DNA of 64,000 nt from NCBI RefSeq assembly GCF_022539665.2, contig NC_081334.1, positions 2,790,001 through 2,854,000 of the forward strand, given 5' to 3'. Below, piece by piece: positions 1 through 10,051 of this stretch. The position numbers were made by a program, and so were the translations under genes. The stretch is from Daphnia carinata. Taxonomy: Eukaryota. Below the pieces are notes generated by a model that was given only the letters and a program-made list of their open reading frames with translations, was not told where the DNA came from and did no database searches. The first letter of the stretch is position 1. Each line of letters opens with the position of its first letter.

Positions 1-10
1 AGGAAAAGCA

Positions 11-214
11 CACTAGATGGCGAGTAATGTGGATAAAAATCGCTACGCTAGATGGCGAATGCTGAGATTGGAAATCCCAGCTCTAAATGGTGGTTGGAAA
101 CTCCAGTGGCGTTTCCTGTACTTGAAAAAATCCACATTAGATGGCGAGTGCTGTGGTTCGAAATCCCCACATAAAATGGCGATTGGTAGTTGGTATTCCT
201 CTCACTAGATGGCG
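11..214 (+). repeat. ~35-bp periodic array of CTCF-like motif (C-A/G-CTAGATGGCG) with diverged spacers
   Basis: Motif copies start at 11, 46, 81, (101), 135, 170 and 203 (cactagatggcg, cgctagatggcg, ctctaaatggtg, cattagatggcg, cataaaatggcg, cactagatggcg). The core matches the known CTCF consensus CCACTAGATGGCGC. May be cut by the window edge. Confidence 0.75.
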
Positions 215-629
215 GAGAAAGTATTGTACTAGAGCATTACGGTACATTCCGGTGTCTGGGAACATCAGTGTACCGACGTCACTTACCCATGTCATGTAAT
301 TGAATACGCTGCATTCGGGTACAAGATCTATTGGACCGTAACACGTGAAGTTCTACGGGTTTCTACAGTCATGAGTACTCATCGCATTCTTTAAACCCAA
401 GTGTGCTAGTACAGTTTTCGTTTTAAACATCAGTTCTTTAACTGCGGTGGAAATGGGACTTCGGCGGTGGAACGTCGTTATCAAGATAAATAGTTAGAAG
501 CGCTGTTTGAACTGTATGAATTAATATTATCCATAGGCAATCAGATGTCTAAAATTGAATTGATTCATATACATTTTATTATTAAGGCATTTTGTGCAAT
601 AATAACATTCATTAAATAAAGATTCTTTT

Positions 630-1800
630 TCAGTGTTTTAGTATTGAGCAGCATTACAGGTAACGGGCAGTGGAGTGGCAAGACGTCGAATCTTCATCAT
701 ATATGATGGGTGCAGTGGATAATCTTTTTTTTTTTACTTTGTACACTAATCATAACCTTCTTTTTATTTTACACTATGTTTCATATTTCAGCGATCAGGG
801 ATAAGTCATTGCAAAAAAAATTTAAGTAAGGCATGATTAGGCATCTTTTTGTATACTGCAGATCCCAACATTATTGTTAAAGAAGAATAAGGTCTTTTAC
901 ATTTCATTCCAGCTTGCTTTTTATCTATTACGTCATCGGGAGATATGTAACATGATAACATAACTTGGTTTGCCATTTTCGTTCAATTTCAGCATTCGAA
1001 GACAAGTCGCTGCAAAATATATTTGAGTAAGGGGCAAAGTAAGCTAAATTGTTTTCCTGAGTTCTACACCCACTTGTATTAATGTTCAAGTAGATTAACA
1101 TATTTTCACATTTTATTCCAGATTGCTGCTAGCTGATCAAAAAAGATGTTAAGTGATTACTTTTAATATTTTATTCATTGGTATTGGACCGAAACAATTG
1201 TGCAAAATCCTTTCTATGCAAATTCATTTTTGAAATGGTTTTACTTCATTTTCAAATGGTTACGCTCACATTTATTGTTCATGTGAGATGTTATATTTAC
1301 CAGTTAGGAACATCTACAACTATTGCAAGATGTTTATTTTAGGAATTACTACTGTTTTGTTTATCTGGAATGTTTTGTGGGAGTCCATCAGGAATTGTTG
1401 GTCTGTAGTAAATTTGTCAGGTATATGTTTACTTTCATCAGCAAAATATTCTGCACTAATTGTGTTTGGTTTTCTTGGTACAGGCTAGGTGATGAAGATT
1501 AATGAATCAGAAAAGGTTTTGCATGGGTGGTGAATGCTTTGACAGTTTTAACAGTTGCGATGTGATGTAAACACCCATCATGGTATTTTTGTCTATCAGT
1601 TGAATTTTATGGTTAATTTTCTGTTCGTGTAACCTCATTTCCTCTTGACTCATCTAGTAGAAGTTGGTGACCTGAAACAATGAACATGGAAAAATCACCT
1701 GTGCCCACGTTGACGATGGTACCTGTACTGAAGTGCTGGAAACTAAAATTAATTTTCTTTACAATTTGGTTTCAGGCTACCTTTATAATTTTTTAATACC
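630..1800 (+). other. putative spliced non-coding or degenerate micro-exon unit downstream of the motif array
   Basis: Repeated ttttcag...gtaag splice-like blocks without a long ORF. Includes a diverged tandem duplication (atttcagc...tgcaaaa...agtaagg at ~786-831 and ~987-1032, each followed by acattt(c/t)attccag). Confidence 0.35.
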
Positions 1801-2379
1801 TTTGCGCTTATTGATGAGTCCGCAAGCTCTTAGCTGATTTTCTCCTTTAGATACCCACTGTCGACGATTTGACAGCCTCACACAATTAAAGAACGTATGC
1901 CAAAAAGTAATTGATCCAATACAATGTATGCAATGTATACTAATATACACCATTCTGTGAACTCAAATCATGTATTTTCCTAGAAATATCTAGGTTTTTG
2001 GATAAATAAATGAAAGACAGTAAAAAAATCGGGCTCAAAGACATGTTAAATCGCTATATTTTAATAATGCAGTTCGTGGTTTTGATCGCTGCATTTGTTG
2101 AAATATAATTGAAATGGTAGTAGCCAAATATGGAGGTGGATGGGGGGGGGGGGGGATTCACGCTCTAAAAGTATGTTTAAAGAGTTCGCATATCAGTGCA
2201 GTTCCCGTCTCAAGATAGCAAGATATTCAATTTTTATGAACTTTTCGGTTGTTAATTGGAAAACTAGATGACGCTGCTGTGCCACTAATTACTTGCTGAG
2301 TATTTGGGAGTAGTGAAAGCTGTGTTTGAAAGTTTCTGTTAAATATGTCATATTTCAATGGAAAAATCAAGAAAATCCA

Positions 2380-2880
2380 ATGGTGCTTCTGTTCGTTTTC
2401 ATCCCTGAGTGTGTTTTGGAAGTGAAGCCCACAGAATGCTTGGTGTTTATGGTATGTGTCTTTTAATCAGCTATGTCAGCTGTCAAACCAAAAAACTATT
2501 AGCAACCTACTATGTTGCATTCATCAAACTATACCAGTGCTCATTGAGAGGTATGAGACTAATGTTTTGTTATCAGAATCTCATTGACGGATTTTGCTTT
2601 TAAGGTTTAGCTCATGAAACTTCATTTGTAAAGAATACATCCCGTTGAGGAATGTCATGAATGATGCAAATACTGTGGGTAGGAATACCATAATATTATT
2701 CTTCTACTCTTTAACCACTCATGGTCTCCTGTAAATCGTGATCTGAGTGGTGCACCAAATTCATCTTCATTGCAGTGTCAACTGTAATGACTGTCATTTC
2801 GGCAGTTGTAATCTCTACTTAGCCTACCAACGGACACAGGCATGTACCTCAACACAATTTCTACTGGTATTTAAAATTTT
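2380..2880 (+). repeat. diverged dispersed repeat, homologous to 61910-62400
   Basis: Shared blocks tgtgttttggaagt, atcagctatg(t/c)cagctgtcaaac, gaggtat(g/a)agac, ctc(a/g)tgaaactt(c/t)atttg and catg(t/g)acctcaa...tggtatt occur in the same order in both places. Confidence 0.7.
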
Positions 2881-3094
2881 TCTTATGCCTCATATAGTTT
2901 GCTTTTTTATTTAAATTAAACATTCAACCATAGAACTGCCAACTCTTAGCCGTTTGCTGCCTATTTGCTGGCCCTACAGTCTTTCTAGCCATCGGACAGC
3001 AGAAGTAAGTTAAATTGCTTTCAACGTTTGGTTACAGCAACAACTTATATTTCCCACTAATTAGTTCTTTTTCTTTACTTTTACGATTTAGAAC

Positions 3095-3432
3095 GAAGCC
3101 TTCTTCGTCTTCACCACGCCCGTCACCCCGCCCGTCATCCCGTCTTCGCTTCGGCGGTCGTCCCGTCTTCGCTTCGGCCATCGTCCCGACTTCGCATCGC
3201 CCGTCGTCCCGTCTTCTCATCGCCCGTCGTCCCGTCTTCTCATCGCCCATCGTCCCGATTTCGCCTCGCCCGTCGCCCACGTCGTCGCCTCGCCCGTCGC
3301 CCCTTCTTCGCCTCGTGGTCGCGCCGTCTTTGCCTCGCCCGTCCCGCCTCGCCCCGCCTTCGCCTTGTGGTCACGCCGTCATCGCCTCCCCTATCGCCCC
3401 TTCGTCACCTCGTGGTCGCCTCGTCTTCGTGG
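3095..3432. repeat. GC-rich minisatellite (cgcctcgcccgtcgcc / gtcttcgcctcgtggtc units)
   Basis: Direct inspection. Explains the Pro/Arg/Ser-rich spurious ORFs. Second copy at 62840-63147. Confidence 0.85.
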
Positions 3433-3477
3433 TATGGCTGTGTTTTGTTTTATGTTGTATTATGTTTTGCAAATTAA

Positions 3478-3787
3478 CGCGTTGGCTGCCACCCACCCAC
3501 TTTGATCCCCTTTTTTTTTTGTAGCTTGACAGGGACGGGCCGCGCTGTTCTGCTCCATGGTTTATCTGCCATGGGGTGGAGCAGCGCCACTGCCCAAGAT
3601 TGGCCGAATGGCCCAAAGGCAATGCACCATAGGGAATCCCTTGAACGAGACGGCGATGTAGACCTGGGGTGTGCATTCCCGTAAAGGTCTCATCGTCGTT
3701 TCAGCCCGGCCCACCCGGCCCCCTTGGTCGCTATCCCTATGATAGCGACAGTAGCGATAGTAAATAGGTGGCGTGGCAGCCAACGTG
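3478..3787. mobile_element. MITE with 15-bp TIRs, piggyBac-like (TTAA on left, TTAG on right)
   Basis: TTAA(3474-3477)-CGCGTTGGCTGCCAC ... GTGGCAGCCAACGTG-TTAG. No transposase ORF. Near-identical copy at 63193-63502. Confidence 0.7.
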
Positions 3788-3939
3788 TTAGTTTAAATGT
3801 ATTTATGTATGCATTGTATGTTGTGTACTGTATTTTGAAATGTATGTAATAGTGGTGGATATGTGGGTGGAAGGAGGGACAATAAAAACGATTTTACACT
3901 ATTTTCTTTTGTATTTTGTTATTTAGCTACACATTATCT

Positions 3940-4510
3940 GAGATGGGGATCGAACCCTAGTATTCTAGCGTGACAACCACATGCTTTACCATTATTCCAA
4001 ACACGAACTTACAAATAATTAATGTGCATTCAATAATAAGCTAATGGGAATTGCATATCAAAATATGGGTATCAAAATCCTAAAGTTTATTAACAAGAAC
4101 AGCTATGCCACAACAGTAGCATGCTGGCCTGTGAAGCAAGAAGTCTGTGGTTCAAGTCCTAGTGTAGTAAAATGGATTGAAAGGTTGCGAACAAAAAAGA
4201 ACTTCAAATATGCCGTCTGCTAGTCAACCTATTTTCTTTTTTTGACAAATAAACGTGTGCTGTGAAGGAAAAAAAAATCGCCTAGCGAATCTGAGCAAGG
4301 AACACTACACCTTCGGCTACTGAAGCCGACGGTCTACCATAAGCTTTTTCCATTTTATACTGTTACTATAAATTAATGATGAATTTAAGAATAAGTTGTG
4401 GACTTAGGAAAATAGAAGCAAACTTCCTTTTCGTTCACTGGCTCAGAATGTAGAACCCAAGATGTAGGCAACTTTCCTTTCCGAATACCAATACCTAAGA
4501 TAGCCGAATA
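3940..4510. repeat. cluster of degenerate tRNA-like (SINE-head-like) segments in both orientations
   Basis: B-box-like ggggatcgaaccc (-, ~3945), ggttcaagtcc (+, ~4149) and a TCGGC-loop-GCCGA anticodon-arm-like stem (-, ~4313-4329). 4100-4510 is homologous to 7480-7930. Confidence 0.6.
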
Positions 4511-5333
4511 CCAAAAATTTTTGTTAAAAAACAGCCAATCAGCCATGGGCTTTCAAGTTTTCTTTATCAAATTCTAATTCGATGCCGTGAAGAAGGAAAA
4601 ATACCGAAAGAAAAAAAAACAAAGAACAAAAAAAAAACTCAATTAATTAGAATAAGCTTTAGCATTTTACTTTTTAGGATGATGATTAAATAGGCATCAT
4701 GATACATAGGCATAGAGTTTGTTTAATATGCAAAATTTAAAAACTTTGAAAGTGAATGTGTGATTAACAAATATAAGACTACTGCGACAAATTCAGAATA
4801 GGTTACTAACCACATACATGCAAAGGTGGTGTCTTACTTACATCCATCATTTTCTCTCCTTCAAACAAGACTAGCATTTGCAACTGCAAATAACCTATTT
4901 AGGCTATTGGCTTTTTCAGCTCTGTGCATCCACCTAAATTCGTGAATGTAAATGTTGTTCTCTCCCTTATGATCCTTGTTTTTATTCAATTTTTAAATTT
5001 CATTCTGGTTCTTCTGTAAGAAAAAACTTTGAATGTTATAATAGCATAAAACTAACCAAGAATGTGGGAAAATAGATGTAGGTTTGCTTTGTTATACAGT
5101 AACCACTTTACACATACCTGAATCTGAAGTGACATGAGGTCGACACTTAAAACAGAATTGTGGAGTGTTAATGTACTTCATTCTGGTTATCGAATCGCCT
5201 CGCAATTCTTTGACTTCAGCAGAAACATAGAAAGATCTTAGAAACCAGTAAATAAAGAGGTTATCAGACATAAATGTGAAGGACGCAAATTAAATACGTA
5301 ATTAAAGCCATAATAAATGTAAGTATAAAGGAA

Positions 5334-5771
5334 TCTATTGCCCCCCAGAATCCGGGGGGGTAATAGCATTTTCTCTATTGCCCTCCGGAATCCAGATGGC
5401 GCTGGCAACGGGTACCGGTGCGCCTTTTCTTTTGTAGAATGCGTTGCAAACAGTGATAATAAATAATTTTATAATAGGCTAAGGAAAGTTAGGTTAAGTT
5501 AAGTTAATTAGGTTAGGTTAGGTTAGGTAAGTTAGATGAGTTAGGTAAGTTAAATTAAGTTAATTTAATTAGATTAGGTTAGGTTAGGTAAGTTAGGTAA
5601 GTTAAGTTAATTAGGTTAGGTTAGGTTAGGCTAGGCTAGGTTAGTTTAAGTTTAGTTTACTTTAGTTTAGTTTAGTTATTGGTTAAATTAGGTTAAGTTA
5701 AGTGAATTAGATTCAGTAGCTGCCGTGAAAATAGCTTCTGATTCCGGGGGCAATAGACAAAATGCTATTGC
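5334..5771. mobile_element. non-autonomous element with ~32-bp inverted repeats, terminal hairpin and internal TTAGG-like microsatellite (Helentron/HINE/DINE-1-like or MITE)
   Basis: gtaatagcattttctctattgccctccggaatc (5360-5392) is the near-perfect reverse complement of gattccgggggcaatagacaaaatgctattgc (5740-5771). Hairpin ctattgcccccc-agaatcc-gggggggtaatag at 5335-5366. Confidence 0.65.
5477..5705 (+). repeat. degenerate (TTAGG/TTAAG/TTTAG)n pentamer array
   Basis: Direct inspection. TTAGG is the common arthropod telomere motif, here interstitial and inside inverted repeats. Confidence 0.9.
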
Positions 5772-6231
5772 TCAAAAATGCAATTGATCAACATATCAAA
5801 AATGCATTATCAATATCAAATATTTTCTGATTCATACACTTTTATTAACAGGGAACACCTCCAGATTCTAAAATTCTAGATGCAGCGAATTCAAGGAGAT
5901 GAGTTGCTTTAGGTACTTCTGTGTCCCGTTGCCACGTCCCCATCTTTAAAAAGACAAGACCATGGCTAAACCCCATCTGCATTTGAAGCCAAAACAAAAG
6001 GGATCGTTAAATATTTTACCGCTAGATGTCGTTGACACCCCCATAAACTCTTTCAAAAGTAAACTTTCAGTTGTTAACTTTTTAGTTAGCTCAACACGTT
6101 TTCGATGCTATAGCAAAATCCGATGAACTGTTTGTATTCATCCACTAGTTTTATTTTCCCCACAGTGTAGGCTTTCTACGTAAACGCGTAATAGGAATAT
6201 TTTCTGAATTAATTCTGAATGCCTCTTGTAG

Positions 6232-7345
6232 TGTGGAGAAGATAGTCATGTGTCCAGGGAATGTGGTGGAAAGGAGGTGGTGGTGATGGCGGCATCGGCA
6301 ATTGGCTTTGTCACAAGGTTAGTGTTTTCTTGCCTTTTAAGTATGCTTACTTTAATATGGTTTATTCAACAGTGTGGACAAGAGGGATATTTTATCAGAG
6401 AGTTTCCACAAGTCTGAGGGGACGTTGGTAGTGGAGTAACAAAGTAAGGTAAAAGTATGGAAATATGTATTCAAACTTAACTTCTTGCTTGGCTTAACTG
6501 GTGCTTTATGTAGTGTGTGGAAGAGGCACATTTTTCGAGGGATTGTCTATAAGGAGGTGGCGATAGTGGCGGAAGTCGTAGCTGCCATAAGGTTAAAAAG
6601 AATCAGTTTGGGTTATTACATTCTGGTCTTGTTAATCCATAGTGATTTAATAATGTAGGGAAGAAAATTTTTCCATGGAATGCCCACAAGGAGGAGATGA
6701 GTGTTGGAGCTCATACATGTCATAAGGTAAGTATGAGAACCAGATATTGTTTGTTTTTTTATTATTTTTTTTTTCCAAAATTTTAATGTTTCTTTTTAAC
6801 AGTGTGGCGAAGAGGGCTACATAGCAAGGGATTGTCCACAAGGAGGAGGCAGTGGTGACAGCAAGTATTACAATGTAAATGTTAATTGTATCTTCACAAA
6901 AATATCTTATGTTCCAAGGTCCATTGTTTTATCCCTAGTGTCATGAAGCTGGCCACACCTCGAAAGACTGTCGAAACTACTCGGTGAATTGATTGAAGAT
7001 GGAAAGCTGTGTGAACAATACATTCTGGAAGCTGTGACATGCAATGAAAAGGAACTGTTTAAGGGCATCATCTGTGGGGAAGGCTTTAACAATTTTGGTG
7101 AAGTCATTCTCCTGGTAAGCCATTCATCGAAACTGTATTCTATGATAAAATATCTATATGTTTGCTTTAGGTTACAGGAAAAGATGTACTTTAATACATA
7201 ACATCATTCGAACAAGCCGGCCCGCGCCCACTACTACTTCAGAACATTAAGAATTCTGCATACGTAAAACTAACACCTGTACAAAAAGCTTCAGATGCAG
7301 TTACTCTTGCCAAGAGAGATTTGTTTGCTTGTGCATCATTTTGGT
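6232..7345 (+). pseudogene. vasa: unprocessed vasa (DDX4-like DEAD-box helicase) pseudogene fragment: CCHC zinc-knuckle exons to Q motif
   Basis: Exons 6232-6317, 6373-6448, 6514-6591, ~6654-6726, 6803-6874, 6939-7114 and 7171-~7345 encode CGEDSHVSREC..GGGG..CHK / CGEEGYIARDCPQGGG / CHEAGHTSKDC..YILEAVTCNEKELFKGI..FNNF / VTGKDVL*YITSFEQAGPRPLLLQNIKNSAYVKLTPVQK..AKRDLFACA. It has in-frame stops (e.g. TAA 7192-7194) and frameshifts, and ends before motif I. Confidence 0.85.
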
Positions 7346-7479
7346 TAATTCTTGTTTAAGGAAACAGTTCATTAGAATACTTTATATATTATACTTTTCT
7401 TTTGTTGAAACGGTTAATTTTTTTTTACTGTATCGCATACCTACATATGCATCAAAATGCCAAACTATGTATATAAGGA

Positions 7480-7930
7480 CAGTTATGGCATAACGGTAGC
7501 ATGCTGTCCTACAGTGCGAAAGGTATGCGGTTCGAATCCCATAATGGTTAATATTGCTTCGCGTGGTCCTCCTAGAAAAAATCTGGGTCGCTACCAACCA
7601 TCCGATCCTCGAGAAGAAAGAATTTTTGTCTTTTTTGCCATTTTTCGTTATTTCGTTAAATAAACGTGTGCAAAAAGGAAAAAGACTTGCCTGACGAATC
7701 TGAGTATTGAACCCTAGCCCTTCGGCTTCTGAGGCTGATGCTCTACCTTTGAGCTATTTCACATGTTTGGATACTACTATTACTAATAGTGAATTTAGGA
7801 ATACGGTTTGGACTTGGAAAAAAAAAGCAAGCCTCGTTTTTGTTTCCTGATCATTCACTGGCTCAAAACATCGAAGCCAAGACCCAGGCCACTTGCCTTT
7901 CCGAATACCAATACCTAAGATACCCGATTC
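7480..7930. repeat. second copy of the tRNA-like module
   Basis: A box TGGCATAACGG (7486-7496) and B box GGTTCGAATCC (7529-7539) on +. tagctcaaaggtagagcatcagc...gccga...gggttcaa on - (~7700-7756). Shares aataaacgtgtgc and ctttccgaataccaatacctaagata with 4100-4510. Confidence 0.65.
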
Positions 7931-8395
7931 CCCATTTTTTTTCTCTGACGGAGGTTTTTCTATCACCCTATCAGTTTTACATCGAAATCCATAATTTTTC
8001 TCCCAGGTGTATTTTGACAGAACCGACTTCGTTTTTTTTCCTTTTTCGTTTTTCCGACCTGCTATTTGCCTGTGGTGGCAATGACGCATTTAGCGTCGAA
8101 ATAAACAATTGCCGCAGCACAAAGTAGAGTTCAGACAACGCTGTGTATTTGTGAAACAAAAAAAAAGAAAACAGGAATTTTTGAATTTTTTAAAAAAGGA
8201 ACAATACAAACATGGAAAACTCCGCCATTTTTATCTAAGCCGAAAAGCGTGCATCACAACATACACAGCCACGTTGCACGACAACAGAACTTTAAAACTT
8301 GGCTTTTTCTTTGTTTTTTTTTTTGTTTTTTCTTTGTTTGTTCTTTTTTTCTTTTCCCCATAGAAAATGAAAGAAGAATGAGAAATTCTCCTTAC

Positions 8396-8507
8396 CGCTG
8401 CTGATGTTGCTGGAAGGGATCAATGGCTGACTGTCGTCATAGGATGGAGAAGATTCGTAGCTAATGTCCTTGCTCTTCCGACGACGATCTTCGACGCGTT
8501 GATCCAG
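8396..8507 (-). other. foreign exon spliced downstream of the MAD1 copy (LDQRVEDRRRKSKDISYESSPSYDDSQPLIPSSNISS)
   Basis: cag acceptor at 8510-8508 and gtaag donor at 8395. Upstream donor gtaac at 8587 gives an 80-nt intron. Confidence 0.45.
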
Positions 8508-8598
8508 CTGCAAGACATGAAATTAATTTATAAGGAAAATCAATTTATTTCACATCCACAACCTTTTTAAAAAATATATATTGTTACCAATTTTAAGT

Positions 8599-10051
8599 TC
8601 AGCTTGGAGTAACCAAGACTGATGGATAGGCAGATGAGTTGATAGACTGACGAGGGTAAAGCTCAACTGTGAGGGAAGACAAGAAGTCGGGGATGAACTT
8701 TTGGTTATTGATGTGAAGCTGAACTAAATCATCAATGGTATGAAGATATGAACTATCCATAACCAGCACGCCGTCGCCAACGTACTAATAAGGAATAAAG
8801 CAAACAAATAGGAATTTTGAAAAAATTAAAAATTGTATTGGCGAAATTACTTTAAAAGAGAGACAATCCGTTCTCGATTCGGAAAACACAGATGTGAGTT
8901 TAAAATTGCCGCATTCGTCATTATCCACCTGATAACTGAAAAGTTCAAATATTCCTCGGCGGAATTCAGAGCAGTATTTTCGGAACACTTCTTCCACCCG
9001 TTGGTTCTTCATTTGACTCGATTTGAGTTTTTCTTCTAGATCTGTTTTTAAAAAGTTTTTGTAGATATTTAGAACCTAGTTGAAAGCTACAATGATTACC
9101 TCTGAGACGTTCGGGAATACATCCTTGTTCAAAGTGATCTCCAACCAAAAGAGTAGGATTTCGGGTTTGACCTGCTTCCATCAAGCGAACCCTCTCTCGT
9201 AGTGATTCGTTCTCTTTTTCTAACTGAGAAAGCTGCTCTAATGTTTGGCGCCGAACATTATCCAGCAGATTGTTAGTGAAGTGGAGGATTCGGACGTCGA
9301 AAGCTATCCCCTAATTAATTGAGAACAGAACCTTGAAAGATTGGCATCGGTACAATATGCGCATTTAGTACCTTCGACTCGGCGATCTCTAATTGAGCCT
9401 TTAAATGTTTGATTGTCTGCTTCAATTCAGCAACTTCCTTCGTCAATTGTTCTTCTTCCTGGTTCAATTTGGTGACAATTTCTTCGTTAACCTTCGGCGT
9501 GGTATCGACTATTGAAACTAATCCACGATATTCCTCCAAAAGCCGTTCCAACTCATTGATTTGCTTGGTCTCCATTGAAACTGTTGCTGAGCCTTAATAT
9601 AAAAATAGTTCGATAATGGCAAATACGATTTGTCTTATGTTAGCTAATGAATCATATACCTCCAACTCGTGACATCTCATTTTCATACATTTCATTAATC
9701 GTTCGGTAATGATCACGATCTTTTTGAACCACGCTTAATTTCCTTTCGAGTTTCCTCACGCGGTCTTCGAGATCTAATTTTGTTTTTGAGACATCATTGA
9801 GGGGTTCAATTTTTTCCCGTAAGGTTGAATTTGTCCTAAATTACAAAACATTAAAAAAAATATATTCAAAAATTGCTTCTAGAAATATTGATCCACGGAG
9901 GCAATTGTGTTACAACATACCTATTCAACGAGTTTAGCTCTACTTGTAGATTATCAAATTCATCAACCACCTTGAGCTCTCTTCTCCGCATAGTTTCCAC
10001 CTGTGACTGAACTTGTGCGAGACTATTTGCATCAAATAAGAGCTCTGCCAT
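8599..10051 (-). CDS. MAD1L1: mitotic spindle assembly checkpoint protein MAD1, C-terminal half only (~371 aa; truncated duplicate or young pseudogene)
   Basis: Exons 10051-9921, 9835-9660, 9592-9372, 9310-9100, 9041-8851 and 8784-8599 splice in frame (1116 nt). Hallmarks: VQKDRDHYRTINEMYENEM, Mad2-interaction motif RILHFTNN, KNQRVEEVF..EFRRGIFELFSYQVD..FKLTSVFSE..DCLSFK, and IPDFLSSLTVELY. An in-frame TGA lies 5 codons upstream of the ATG (10066-10064). Confidence 0.85.

Larger units (their letters stand above)
4897..5944 (-). pseudogene. degenerate exon-like fragments of an unidentified gene, interrupted by the 5334-5771 element
   Basis: AG...GT-bounded open blocks ~5943-5860 (DGTWQRDTEVPKATHLLEFAASRILESG) and ~5237-5119 (SFYVSAEVKELRGDSITRMKYINTPQFCFKCRPHVTSDS). 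The next block (~5014-4897) has stops. No family recognised. Confidence 0.3.

Noticed and set aside
3015..3783. Pro/Arg/Ser-rich ORFs (also 62575-63498)
   Set aside because: By-products of the GC-rich minisatellite and MITE. They are open in several frames on both strands, and the two copies differ by indels.
5477..5705. True telomere
   Set aside because: Short, degenerate, internal and enclosed by inverted repeats.
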